A DNA stretch of 64,000 bases from Hamiltosporidium tvaerminnensis FI-OER-3-3 (GCA_022605425.2 JAKIMF020000001.1:2617471-2681470), one strand, 5' to 3'; shown: positions 47,901 to 63,600, counted from the first letter of the stretch. A program made the numbers and translations. The notes: a model not told the origin generated them from the sequence alone.

Positions 47901-50900
47901 AATAAATTGGATTTAATAAACCTTTTTCTGCAAACAAAAATTTTTAATCTAGTTTTGCCAGAATTGATTTAAAATTTCTTTCTTCTAAAAATTTTATGTT
48001 TAATACACCGTGGCATAATTCATATCAACGAATATAGTCGATTCATTACTTAAAACAATATATTTTTCCAAACATCTTTTACTTCTATGCTGCCTCTGTA
48101 TTTAATATGTTTAAGTTGTAATCAGAGTCATTTATTAAAATTATAAATTATTAGAAACATTGGCATATTTAAGATACTTTTGATTTAATTTTATTGTAAA
48201 AAAAATATTTGAATTTCTCTAAATTATTTTGCTACATTTTCTAATGTTTTTCCTGATAAAAAATTTTGTTTTCTATTTCATGATTTAAAATCAGTTAAGA
48301 AAAATAGAATTAAAAAAAAACCGACAATAAAGTAATTAAATATAAATTTTGATTATTTCGCTTTTAAATCTTAGCTTAAGAATAAAATACTAAAACAATT
48401 AAAAGATATTTGCAAGAAGAAAGAATTATAAAAATTATAAAAACAGGGCTTTAAAAAATATTTAGATTGTTTTTATTTAATGCGGTAATAAAAAAATTAA
48501 CTGCTATGAATATTTTATAAAAAAGGGTCTCATTAAATATTTTTTCTGTAAATCCCTTTCACCTAGATATATGTAAAATGAATTTTTGAAGTGCAAAAAG
48601 AAGTAGCTTATAATGTTTTGAAGAATTTTTTCGAAAAAATAAAATTATCAGTACAAACTCATTTAAATAATTAGGAAAGTAAAATACAGAAGAATTAGAA
48701 TGTAATAGTTGGAAAAAGATTCGAAGGAATGAAATAAATAAGGATTTGCTGAATTCTATTGATGAAATAGGATGCGAAAATATAAACCGAATCTAATTTC
48801 CATCAAAGTAATCTGTTTTAAATCGAGATGATTTAATGGTACAGAATAAAAGCAAAACATATAAAACAACCTCCGTAGGTTGTCTTCTTTATAAATAACT
48901 GTTCTAATGATAAATTACAGGTGGAGTTTTAACAACAAAAAGAGTTTAATCAAAAGGTTTCTGATGTGATCGCTAAACTTTGAGAGTCAAGCAATATGAA
49001 ACTTTATACCGTAAAACTGGATGTAGAACAATAGAATCAATAAATTATTGTTGGAAATCCGGATGGTATCGATAAGTTATTTAAAATGCATAAGGAAAAG
49101 GCCATTTCAGCAAAGAATAGATATTGATGATGCAGATGTATTTTTGAATTTAAATATTAAGCGTTCTTATGTATTGGATTTTAAAAATTTTTATAAAATT
49201 TCAAAATATCTGATTCTATGCCATTTTCTGCAACAAATTAAAAAGAGTTTTTAAATTTCACAGAAAGCATTTTGTAAGTATAAAAAAGAAAATCTGGAGC
49301 CCGAAGAAATAAAACTATATTTTTTTAAAATCGAAAGAAAAGATATAATGAAAATATTAAAATTGATTTGTTAATACTTAACGGTAGGGTGTTTATAATA
49401 TTTGTCGAAACTAAACATATGATTGAGATGCTACGATACTAATTAGAGACAGATCTTCTATAAATAACATCTCTACATGATGATGTTGAAATGGTAGTCA
49501 AAGAAAAACTTGTAGATAAATTTAGGACCGAAAGGGCTCGCGTTTCGATTTGAACCATTATATTTTAGGATAGAATGTATATTTACAGATAAAACTTATT
49601 ATAATTTTTGATCTTCCAATAGTTAAAGGAATACCAAATGGGGAAACATATATTCATCGTGTAATTCATCCAGAAGATTTTGAAGGTCTGAGTTTGTGGT
49701 TGACCTAGTAAGTGATTCAAAGTATTCCAATGTTATATTAAGACTTCAAAATTCTTTAAAGTGTTGCCAAGGTTTTTAGATTCAAGCTGTTATGAAGGCC
49801 GGGAAGAAAAAACTTTAACTGACAATAAAATTATTAGATCTTCAAAAGTTTGTGATTCAGATGATTTCATGATTTCACAAAAAACATTCATTTTATTTGT
49901 TTTTACGTGCGATAGTATTATATATTTAATAAAGTATTTTGTTTTAAATTCTATTCTATATAATCCTCTTGATATGTTCTTTGTAAATTTTTGGTAACAT
50001 GAACATATATTACAATTTAAAACCTAAATATAAATTTTGTCGTAAGTTGTGTTTGAATTCGAGGTGCTTGGCAAAAATTATCTGAGTGTTTAAATTTCTT
50101 CACCTTTCGGTCCGATGTTTTTGTTTAGATTCGACTAATTTTTTATATTTTGGATTGATATTTTGTTCTAGGTCATTCAAAATATATTAAAAATTTATTT
50201 CATTGTTTGTGGGATAATTTACAATTTATCTATGACATAATATGATATAAATACATGCCTTTCTCTGCAAATATCAATATCAATACGCTCTAGTAAAGCC
50301 ATATTTAACATTTTTTAGCACAGTTTCGTTGATATAAATTACAGCAAGAATATTACGCTGTGTTTTAGAGTGAGATCGACTTGATATATGCCGCTATTTA
50401 TTCGAGATTTCAACCATCTAGATTATATATTATAAGATCTACTTTTAATAACATCCTGTGCTATTACAAGGAATGATTTCAACCATAGATTTTCAGAAAT
50501 ATTAAGTCCATCTACCAAAATGTTTCATTCATTTAGTTTTTTTTTGTTGCACAAGTTTAGGCAAACCCTATAAAGCGATTCCGACATTAACAGAGCAAAT
50601 TAATTAAATTATGACCAAAAAGAAACAATTCTGGGTCATTGTTGTAAATTTAAACCAATTTTTTTTTGTTCATATATATAATTCTATTTATTCATTATTT
50701 TTTTTGAGAACTTCCCGAACAAAATAATTTCTTGTTTGTTGTAAATGCGGTAAAAATCTTTATAGAAATGAAGTAGTTATTATATAAGCAAATAATTTTT
50801 ATTGTCTGGCATAAAATTTCCAAGCCTTTTTATGATTATTTGCCATTTTATGCATTTATTTTTTTCGGATTCACTAATTTTACTACATAAAATTTTATAG

Positions 50901-52889
50901 AATGTATTTTCCTATTAATATAGCAGAATAATGATTTTTGTTTGGCTCGGTATATAAATATATCTTAAAATTTTATGTTAGATGTAAAAAAGTATCCATA
51001 TCTTAAATTAATTTTACTATAATCTCTTCTTTTTCTTACTTGATAACTAGTTTTCGTATTGCCTCGACGAAGACTTTTTATCAAGAAATACGGAATTTGT
51101 TTTCCGATTTGATATTATGGCTTTATGAAGCTCTAGATATTATCTATTTGTGTTTCACTATATTCGAAGGGTTTGTTAATCAATAAGTATTTTCAAACAG
51201 GATAAGAAACAACTGCCTTTACATATTCTAAGGTTAAGTATACATAAAATTTTCATCCATCTTATTGATAGAATCTCCATTTTTCTACAAATACTATATG
51301 CAGTATACCCCTATTCTTAAAAACATGCAGTATCTAGACTTAGTATTCTAAAATATAACTTATAATATATCAGAAGTTAATCAATTATATAATTTCAATC
51401 TTTTTGTATATTGAAGCCCAAAAAAACTTAAATACTATTTTGGGTTCTTTTATCATTTTACCAGATATAAAAGTTTTGGTTCCATATACACCTTTCTTGT
51501 TTTTAAGGATTCCCAAACACTCAATCTGTCTTAAAAAGTCTGAAATTTTACAAACCGTGACATATATGGCACAATTATCGCTTATGACTTTCAAACTTAT
51601 AACAATCAAAAAAACATTGAGAAATACTTTTTGATTTCTATAAATTCAATTGAATTTTCTGTATCTTTTATATAAAAAAAAGTCTCTTGATATTGTAAAA
51701 AGTTTAATTACAAAACATGATTATAATTACAGATTTCGACATATTAAAATATATTAAAAAAATAGCAGTTTAGTTTTTTTAAACTTAGTTAATATTGACA
51801 TTTTATACTTAAATTTAAAAGTTAAAACATTAAAAATCCAAAAGAAAATTTATAACTTTAATTTAACAGTTTATAAAAACTGTGTTTTTTAAGTTTCGAT
51901 GGGTTTATAAAAAATAAGTTTAAGGTAGAGTACCAACATAAACAGATAGCATATTGATTTCATAAATAATTAAAATATTTACTCTCTTAATTTCAGAATA
52001 ACTGATCAATGCTTTGTTTATGTTTTGTGTGTCAAAAAATTATGTAAAATAAAAGAATAATGATATGAAACTGGTATAAAAAGTATTATGAAAATTTTAA
52101 GTACATAAATAATTTCTGTAAAATAGTTTTTTTTTATAGGAAATTTTAAATGTATTTCAAAGTGATTTTCAGAAAAATAATTTAAGTAATTTGCTTCAAT
52201 CATAAACGTTTTAGTTTATTTTATATTAAGGTTACCAAAACGGAAACAATACTAAAATATAGTAAAACAAAAAAATTCTAATTAAACAAATGAAAATATA
52301 TCTTGTTAACTCATAAATAGTTTATAACTTAAAAAGTTGCATGTAAATTAATGCTGTTAAAAAGATTATTTTTTTATATGTTAAATATAATTTTTAGGTT
52401 ATAATAATTCATTAGATAAAAATTAAGATTGACCCAAATTTATTTTTTTTAAACATAGATTTTTGGAATGGACATACACTAAATAAATCTGATGCTATAA
52501 ATATTTAATTAAAATGCTCTTATAAATTAAAAAAAAATTCATTCCAAAAAATTAGAATTCGAGAACATTTTTTTTTAAAATTACAAAACAGATTTAGTCT
52601 AGAACTGAAGAAAAAACATTATATATGAATATAACTTAGAAGAAGGCAGGCTTTACTATCTTTATTTATATAGAATTATATTTACATGCAATACTTTGAG
52701 AAAGCAAATTTTAAATATTGAACAAATTTTTCAGTTAATAAAGTTAATAAATTAAAAAAATTTTAAACATATAAAAAGATATAATATAAAAATTTGCTGA
52801 CCTATTATTTAAGATACAAAATATTAGCCGGAATTAACGCCTAATCCTATTTGATTATATTAAAATCACTTTCCAACCCTAATTTAAAT

Positions 52890-54678
52890 ATGCAAAAGTT
52901 GATAATATTTTTAGAGATGATAATTTCTACTGTTTTTTGTACATTAGAAAGCACGGTAGAGGATGATATTCAACACGCACAAAACCAATCAAGAAGATGT
53001 AATTTTGAAGTAAACCGAGAATCACAGGACATGAAAGTCAAAATTGGGGATCAGCATGCAAGTAATTCAGGTCATGGTCCTAAAAAAGCCCAATATTTTG
53101 GAGACCAAGATGGTTGTGATCTTTTCACATCAGAACCAAGCACTTCGCAATTCGAACCTTCACCGAGAAAACAAAAAAGAAGATTGACTAATGAAAAAAA
53201 TAGTCTAAGATTGTTAGAAAATCCACAAAGAAATATTACCTTAAAAATGAAACTTGAGAATATAGAGGCTGTTAAAAACAATTTTTTAAAGCAACTGTTA
53301 GATTCAAAAATATTAAAATTTACAAGCGAAAATATGAATCTACCAGAGAACAGACGTTATAACCCCACAGTAGGATATCCAATAGCCACAGAAACACAGT
53401 ATTTTAATAACATTGCAAATATAATTGATAGGTATATTAATAGAATTTTAAATGATCGAAATTTATCTTTTGCAAACCTTAAGGGTAAATATAATTCTAA
53501 GGTAATTTACAAAGAAATTTAAAAGTGCTACAACTGTCGATTCGAAGAATAAATATTGTTAAAAATACGAACAAAGAGGATTATAGCAGTTCATTTTTAA
53601 AATCTTCTCATTTCGAAGTTATAGAAAACGTTAAAAAAGAATTAGTAAATATTAAAAAGGTAAATAATATTTATGATTTGGAGGATATTATTGCATATTC
53701 AGAAAAAATCCGAATATTCAGAATAAAAAGTAAAAAAACATTTACAAAATTACAGTTACAAGAAATGTTAACGAGTTTAGAAATCCGAAATGTCAAGGAA
53801 GAACTTCAAAAATATAGAAATATTCCATCTTTTTACGAATTTATGCTATTCAAACATAGATATGCAGATAATATAATTGATCATATTGAAGAAGGATGTT
53901 TTTTAATGGTTCATTTTCTTCTTGAAATATTATTTACTAAACTAGAAAATATATTCAAAAAAATAGAAATATACAAAAAAAGCTAACTGAAAATGATTTA
54001 TCAAAAGCATATAAAAATCTTTCCTATAAAAACAAAATAGATTTAGAAATACAACCACTTAAAATAATACTTATGCACATTTATTTGGGTCTAAAAAATG
54101 GTCTTTGTTTGTTTAAAAAATACATCATAGTGTATTTATTAGAATTTACACATTTATTTATTACCGAAAAAATACTTAATCTGTGTATAAATGACGATTT
54201 TGGTCGTAATATTTTTTCGCTTTACCATTATATATATGATGATTCAATGTCTTTACAGGCTGATTTGTTTCTTAGAATAGGAAATGCACTAGCATTTCTT
54301 TCTCTCCACAATTATCACACTTCTCAAGATATAAATCTTAGCTTTAGTAAAATAATGAATCATATTTCACAAAAAAGTTATATAATTACTTTACAGGCAA
54401 TTTTAAGAGATATTTTCCCCAATTGCATTCATTTTTCTGCTTTTTATCCCGAATTATTTACGAATGTTGGCAATTTTATCGAAAATATCACTCTCACCGA
54501 AAAATGGGAGGATTTAGATTCTCGCATCAAAATTTTGTTTTTTAAGTTTTGCATAAAATATGCATATATGTTAAGGCATCTTTTATCCAGCGATTACCAT
54601 TATGAAAAAATGGTTTTAGATTCTTCCATGACGCAACTTTATAATGATATTTCTAGTTCTTTTAATGAGCCCGTATGA
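52890..54678 (+). pseudogene. Third, more divergent family member (about 596 aa when repaired), split by two -1 frameshifts
   Basis: CCC at 52877-52879, then ATG 52890 and a signal-like MQKLIIFLEMIISTVFC. Three ORFs are joined by single-base losses near 53518 (T run) and 53975-53981 (A run). HIEEGCFLMVHFLLEIL resembles YISKGDILYVHYLYEIM. AATAAA at 54685-54690. Confidence 0.75.
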
Positions 54679-57600
54679 ATACAAAATAAACTCTAAGTAC
54701 ATTTTTAATTTTTTAAGATCATCTTATACAGTATTTAATTTAAATTCATATTACAAAATATTTTTTCGACTTTTTCAGGATTCAGTATTAATATAAAGGT
54801 GTATATAAACCAATTCTTTTTTAAAAATCCAACAAGATGCACAATTGATTTTTTGCTTGCAATTATTATAATAAAAAATTCTAAAATATATATGCTTATA
54901 TTCCGTGTTTCAACCAAAGAAAGTTTATGAGTTTAAAATATCAGTTTCTTTTCTTTTAAATTGTTCATAAAATACAATTTTGTCAAATAAAGATTTGATA
55001 TTTCGCAAGCTTTATAGATTATAGCTTGGTTGTTCGTAAATGTTTTTTTTATCATAAATCATTGTGTATGCACGATTTTGACATTCAATTTAAACATATA
55101 TAGTTCAGTAAAAACACATTTATTGAAAAATAAAGCAACTCAATCATAAACCCTACACCTCACTCATATATCATAAGCAAAAATAGTTTTTTTTAGTACG
55201 TTTAAAAAAAATCTTCAAGCAAATTAATAAGAATAACGTGTTTTGATAAAAGAAAATAAAAGTTATACATCTTTACAAAGTTTAACCTTAATCACAGACA
55301 ATATTTTTATTTTTCTTTGTGATATATATCTTTACACCGAGTCTTTTCAAATAGTCTATTAGGTTATTTTTAGGCTCTTTGCCTTGGTGTTTATTGTATT
55401 TAAGTTATGATTTTGATTTGACTTCTCTGCCAATATATTATAAGTGAATGAATTCACTTATTTAGTCAAGTCCGATTTTAAACAAGATTAGAAGTATTAT
55501 TACACTATCTTTTAGAGCATAGTTGTAGAATATGTAAATAAACTTACATGTACAATTTTATAAACACTCAGCTTAGGTAGTTCAAGATATAAATCAATTC
55601 CGCTGCAATCATTCTAATAAAAATATTGTAGTGATTGTGACATAAGTTCTATGGCTTCTACAGTAGGTATAATCTTTATACAAATAAGGAAGGATTAGTA
55701 GTTCATGATGAGATAGTCTTAGCTTACTTGTAGAAGATGTCACAACATAAAAATATAACACTATCTATAGTTTTTGTAATTTTAAATATTCAATTGTCTT
55801 TCTTTTTATATTTTAAGTAAAAAATCGTAATTTTGATAGTATAAACTCTAACCCAACAAACACAATCATAGAAATTTTATTTTTTGAATTAAATAATTGT
55901 TTCATTTAATTGTAGACTAAGTTTTAATCCTTTGACTTTTATATCCACCTTTAAATATATTTAGATATTAAAATGATATTAATATCTTGTAATTCCCACG
56001 CGTATAGGTATTCCTTCATTATTTAAAGAATTGTTCATAGCTATATATCTAATTAGCAAAGTAAATATTAAAAATGATTCAAATTAACTTAGCTTTTAGT
56101 GAAATATATTTATTAAGATTCATTCAATCTTTATACCAAATTAAAATATTATCTATATGTTTTTTTATTTGAATTGTTTTTCGCGTGAATCTGAATTGCT
56201 TCATAAGAAAGTTAAAGATCAAAAAAACCAAAAAACATAAAACCAAACATTTATAAAATAGTTGTAGAAATTGTATTTAAACTAGGTAAATAAATTAAAA
56301 ACGTGAAATTAACAAACAACAATATAAAACAGATAATGAAATGCAGTTTTAATGTTGAAGTAGTATAATAAGAACAAGATTATCAGTTCGAGACATATAA
56401 ATGTACTATACAATTTATTTGATTTTAATTTTTTAGATAATTAGAGTAAAATATTATATAAGTCTAATAACAAATTAAAAATGGAAAACTAAGGAATATC
56501 TTTACAAATATAAAAATTTATGTTTTAAATTGGTCGAATATGAGTTAATAGTTTAAAACAAAATTTTTATATGAATATATTGCGATGAATCAAATATCAA
56601 AATTCTCTAATATAATTGTATGATTTAGTAAAAATAACTTAATTCTGTATAAATCTAAATAAAAGCATTTTATTTCAACGGAGTCAATAGTATTACATTT
56701 TTAATAAATTTTCTTGAAAGTATTATACATGCAATTTAAATAACTTTTCGCAGGTATAATTTTCTTTTAATTAGCTCTATATTTTTTTTAACCAAAGAGC
56801 AATACATATATAATACAAAGCCGTTTGCTCAATTTTGGGAAAAGTAACTAATATGAGGTTATATAGAAATCCAAAGCTATGTATCAATACCCCATATGAT
56901 CAAAGTGTCAATCAATATATTGAAGGCTTTTAAAAACAATTTTACAAAATTTAATGCGGCCCTAGTTAGGTCGAACACAACGTATTATGACCAAAATCAA
57001 AAAATATTATTTTTAGATAATGAGTTAAGGTTTAGATAGTCCAAAAATATAAAATAACCATAAAAAAACAGCCAAGACCTTACACTCAAAAACTTCCAAT
57101 TATGGTAAATTTTATAAGCTTATTAGACTTAACACTCGAAAATCATATAAGAAGTGATACTACTTATTTATATGTTCTAAGAAAACAATTTACAATAAAA
57201 CACAGAATTTTAAGATAATGAATATAAAATTGCTATAAAATATCCAAATTTTAATTACTATATGATAAAAGCATACCTTATTCTGAAAATTACAGATTAA
57301 AAGCTTCAGAATTGTTTTATATTAAGAAAACTGCTTGGATAAGGGACTATTTAACTTAGAAAATGAATAATAAATGAATTATCTGAGAAAAATGTAAACA
57401 AATTAGAAAAAAGTAAATGAAAATACAACTAACATAAATTTAAGTAAAATAAACTTGATATAATTAAAATTCTAAACTTAAAAAACATAACAAAAATATT
57501 TAAAAAACTAAAATTTTGAACATAAAAAAACTTAACGAAGAAAAAAACGACAACTACAATTAAGAATGTCTAATTTTTTATTTTAAAGATCAATATTAGA

Positions 57601-60600
57601 TATCAACATTAAATACTACTTACTAATTTCATATTAGGCATAAATAATGAACTATAAATGCTTTGTATCGATATAGCGCCCAAAATTTTGTAGATTATAA
57701 TATAAATATCAAAATATAACTAAAAAAAACTATACTAGTGATCTAAAAAACCTATTTAGAGGATTTAAAAATATATGTATTATATTAAAGCACAATTAAA
57801 AATATTAACTTTAAAAGTATATAATAAGAATAAATACATTATCTTGAGTGTGTAAGAAATATTAAAATTCTACTAAAAATATGAAATAAAATTCAATTTA
57901 GAACAATATATTGACTTAAAACAAAATAATAGACAAATAAATCGAAAAAGTAGGAATATATAAACCTACCAAAGTACTATATTTGTAAAATATGTATTTA
58001 GCCAAAGTACGAAGTATTCTACGTACTATTAATTAATTGAAAATCTTAATTTTATATTTTACAAATAATTATTGTGCAATGAACAAAATAAAAATGCAAT
58101 TTTCATTTTTAAAGATTTGCATAACTTTTCATAGTCATTGAAAATTTTAGTATTCATTTAAAGAGTAAAAAAATTAAATGTAATATAAATATGAAGTTAA
58201 AAAAATATCTTGGTATAGGCTGACTGTTATTTAAATAAAAAGGAGATATGAAGAGTCGAACAGAAATGAATTTTGATCACAATATTAGAGAAAGCAATTA
58301 TATTCAAGTTCCGAAAAAAGTGTATTGCGAAAAGCTTTGAATTAAATAACCACATAATAAATCCATGATAAATAAAAAAATAATATCTTTTTAAATCGGA
58401 ATAAATTATAGAACTAAACTAATTTAATAATAAATATACATCGCTTAAAAAATATATATTAGATAAAATATAAAATTAATAAAAAAATGAAATTAATTTA
58501 GAAAAGGAAAATGCTCGATTAATAGAGAGTATATAATAACTGTATCGATTGATAAATGACTTAAAATATAGAACAACGTCCCTATTTAAAATTAAAGGAC
58601 ATGTGTTACAGTGGTTTCATGACATTCATGGAGTTTAAAGTTTTACATATGTGACCGACCCTCCTTACACTATCAATACACTTATGATAACTGCATTCAG
58701 AACCCTTTCTACAAACGCGTAGAACGAAATTATATGGGAAGGCAATTTAATAGAGTTCCTTAATATTCGTTGCAGGATTTAATCGAACGACCGAACCCCA
58801 TACTAAGTTTCCCCAGCAGTTTCTCTATTCAAAATTACTCTACAATTTCCGTATCACAGCGTTACAGGCAAGATATATTACAGAAAAGTAGCTGAAGTCA
58901 ACATATATAGGCAATGTCATACCAACAGTAAATCTTATGTATGGTTTTACTAACTCAAAAATTGTTTACCTTTTTATTTCTCTTGCGTCAAGTCTTCTAC
59001 CCTAATGTGACAAGCTAGAATTATATTTTTTTGCTTAGAAATTACTTACAAGTAAAACAGCGGTCTACAATCTTTTCTATATAAAACAACATGATAGATT
59101 TGTAAAAAAAAATCTATTTCGAAGACCGACTTCCCCTCTTAAAATCTCAAAAGAAACCGCATAAAATGTAGTGATGTTATTTTCCAATAAAAAGAGACTA
59201 TAAGTTCACAAATCACATCATAAATCATTGTCAAATATTAGGTTTATATTGTGGTTATCCCCTTTCACTATAGAATTAGCAAGTAGAAAATAATTAACTT
59301 TACCACAATACAATTACCCACAAATCCAATCAAATTTATTAATCTCTGATTTATAAATAACCTTAAATATATTTGTTTTTTATAAAAATAACCTTCTTTA
59401 TGAAACATTGTTCAAATCATCTCTTCAGAATAATTTTTTTTTGTAGTTGGAAAATTAAACATGTCAAATAGTTTATGATACAGAATGCTAACCAAATAAA
59501 AAAGAGTAGTAGGTTATATTCTAGGCAAAATATGATAAAGTTAATTCATAGATATTTCTACATCATAAAACGGTTTCCATTAAATTACAAAATATCATTT
59601 GCATACAACAACTGAGAGCTTTTTTTAGTACATAATTGGCGCTTTATTTAAAATATTTTTTATACTTTGCTTTCTTTCGCTATATAGCACTTAGCAATTC
59701 ATAAGTTAATCGACAAATTTTCCGATTTTTTATTTTGCGATCAAATTTAAAAATTAACAATCAAAAAATTATGACGAAATTTAAAATAAGGGAAAATTTG
59801 TTTCAAAACTTAAGATATTAATAAATGATATATTTCAGAAAATAAAGAATACGAGATTTTAAAATTATTGATATATTTTTAGAGCAAAAATACAAACTAT
59901 AAAGCTAATAGTATGAAGTTACTAAGTTTTCTCGTAGTTAACTACAACATTGAGGATATAAAAAAAACAAAAGTAATTCTTTAAAACTGTATAATAAAAG
60001 ACATAATATAGTTTGATTTTAAAAAATTGTAATATAGTGAAGAGATAATCCCTAAAATAAAGTATATTGATCTTTTTGTTACTAGAAATGTAATGATGAG
60101 AAATAAGATGTAAGATATTTGTGTTCAAATTTTTTATTTTTTTTTATCTACATATAACTTCAAATTAAATATTTTAAAATTTTTTTATTGTTAATCTCAA
60201 GTTTAACCTATTTTAAGGGTTTAATCTTACAAAAATCGTCTTTTTTTTAAAAGTAATTTAATTCACAATAATAAAATTGAAATTTAAAATTCTGGTCATA
60301 AATATGTTAAAATTTATCCAGTGCCGTATAAATAATTTGACTTGGCTAAATCTTCGATGTTCACATAATATACAAATTGTCTAATATATTTGCACAAAAT
60401 CATATTTTAAGAGTTACGTGTTTTTAATTAATTTTATAGCATCATGCTAGATTTCTATTACTTCTAAAAAAATTAAACTCCATTATATGTTTTTTCTTTG
60501 AAAAATATATATTATATAATAATCAAACATTGATTTTATATTAATTTCAAGGTTTTAGAATTAAATGTCGAAATAATTAACTATTCAATTTATATAATAA

Positions 60601-63600
60601 ATATTTAACTTCTTTTTTGTGCGTTACAACCACAAAACATTATCACTGTATAAATATTAAAATTTTAAGAGAAGGTCTTCTACTTTTAGAAATTTTTTAC
60701 AAGTTGTATTGGTAAATCAACAGATATTATTAAGAGGCATGTATATTTTATAAAAATTTACCTCAAAAAACGATATAAATATTTCGAAGAAAAAGACAAT
60801 TATAGAAAAAAGTTGAACGAGAATTGTATATCTTTAAATGGGCTTTTTACTGTTCAAATCTATACATATAACCCTTATTTATGCACTTTGAATTAAAAGA
60901 TGCTAATTTTTATATTTCTAAATTTGTCTCAAAACACTCAAACAAAACCGTTTGTTAATTAAAAGTATAAACAATAAAAATCGACTTTAAATCAAAATGT
61001 GATAATTTCAATTTCTTGTCACATTTGCTGTTATAAACACCTCAAAATGCTTCTAACGGCAAAGTCATTATTTCATAATCAATTCTGCGAGGAAAGTAAA
61101 TCAAAAACGGAATTTCGACGTAAAATACTAAGAAATAAATCTTTCATAATTTTAAATAAACCAATTAAGAAAAACAGAAGATTTATGGGCTTCTAAAAAA
61201 TGGACAAGCGAATTTGAGATTATTTGTTATTTAATGTAATTCTATAATATATTTTTCTTTAAGCAGATATTAAGATTTTAAAAAAAATAAAAACTAAATA
61301 TAAATCTAAAAAAATCTACAATTAGTCAAAACATAATTCTTAATTTTCGATTAATATATTGGAATGATATATATTTCTCAATGGATTTTTGAATTTCTTT
61401 TACAGAGGTTATTCCCTATGTTTGATTCAAAAATTCTGTTTACAAAAGATGTAGATTAAAAGATACAGTGAAAAAATTTGGTTGATTGGCTACTAATATA
61501 ATAATTGGAATCACTTGCTTATTTTTATTTTTTCATCTTAAGATAATTTTTTATAAGCAGATACAATGTTAAATTATTTTGTAATTTTGTAAATGATATA
61601 AAAATGAAGCACAAATGTGATATTTGTGCAAGGATCACAATACTCTTAATTAAAAAAGGACAATTTGAATTTATTTAATTTCAAAATACGATATTTTTTT
61701 GTTACAAACTAGATTTAAGAGAAAAAAAATTTTAAAATCTTTTTGTTTTTTGCGCAAAATAACGAGAAAGACAGATACAGCGATTTACGAACAAAAATGC
61801 GTTGAATCATACTTTATGATATATCATCTCTTTCTATTTGTGTTTAAGTTATTAAATCTAATTTGTATTTGTGAAAGAAGATCTATTTTTTTAAAGTTTA
61901 TGGTTAAAAAGAATACAACAAGTACATATCATATGTTTCCTATTAAAAGCCAAACTAATGGTTTGTTTGATAGATTATTACAGGTTATGCACTTGAATAT
62001 AAATATATCTTAGTAATTCTTGAATACTGTACATACAAAAAAAATATCATTAAATTTTGATTCGTTAATATATAATTTTTAGAGTCTTTTAAAACAAAAT
62101 ATTTGCAAATTATTTCATATATTTATAGTAAAATAAAAATTTGTTATTAAATCAATGAAGATCTTAAGATATTTTTAACAAAAATGATTTTTAAGTATCA
62201 TAAAGAAAAGACTTTCAAACATAGATTGTCTTTTGACGTGGTAGTTATTGGATTAAACATAGTAAAAAACTAATCTAGAAACCCTTGATTCGACTAAAAA
62301 ATATATTAAAATATTTTTGAACAGTTTTTTTTTTCTTTTTTTAAAAAATATAATTTATATAAAGTAGGTTTTCTCTATTGCTTTTTTGATTGCCTAAATC
62401 CTCGCTTTATTAATCCATCGTTCATCCAAATCGCAAATCTGCTTATCATTTGTGTTATAAGCTCTAATTTTTAAAGACTATATAAATTAATGGTAAATTT
62501 CTTATAATATATTTCTAGTTATAGTATATATAAGTCTAAAGTGATCTTGAAATTGCAGGATTAAAAATGATTCTTAAGCTCTAGTGTATTATATCCATTT
62601 GTTTTTAAAATTAGTCTTAAGTTCTTCGAAATAAATATAAGAATTCAAAATTATAATTATCTAAATTCTAGAGTATATTTATGTAGCAGCTAGATCTCAG
62701 CAAGGTATATCTTATTGTAATTTATTTGACCCATCCTAAAATGAAAAATATAAAGTACAATCGTAAAAAACAAGAAAAAGATAAATTTAAAATCAAAGCA
62801 ACAAATTATTTTTTTATTTCGCTTAATATGCAGTATTAGGATATTAGCGAATGAGATTTGCGGCTTATTTTTTTAAGTAAATATCGAAAAAAATAATATA
62901 TATTGTCAAACTGTATAAAATCTTTGAAAAAGCATAAGGTAGTATTTAAAAAAGTTAAAATAGATGCTAAATTAGACAAAGATTTTATATAATATTTTAC
63001 AAATTAACATAATATTTAGGTCCTTAGCCAATCAAGTCAGTAATTAGATTAAGTTCTAAAATTAAAGATAAATTAATTCCTATATAATATAAGATATTTC
63101 GAAATGCCATCAAATGCAAAATTTACAAAACTAAGAATAATAATATAATTTATGCGCTATTGGTTTTAATTTTTGATATATATACTTTTTTTTTTCTGAT
63201 ATTTTTTCAGTTTAAAATTTAAATTACGTTAATTCAAAAATTTTTTTTATACGATAAAAGGCTTTCGAGAGCATCTATTCATATTAAGATTTTGTTCGAA
63301 TATTTTCAGAGTATATATATTAGTTTGTAGCATACATAGTAATTTAAAGAATAATTAAATATTAGGATTTTACATATATTTTGCGATACACATAAAAGGT
63401 TCAGTAGTATGAAATGCCAACGTTAAATCATTTAATAACTCCTAAAATTCTTATAAATGATAAAATCAAAATAAGGAAATAGTTTTAAAGTATAAATTGA
63501 AAGACAGGGGCTACCAGAGAGTTGCACAAATACAATCCAGAATTTTGTAAAAATCGGTATAGAAAATGGCTCAGTATCTATAATAGCTCATGTATTTGCT

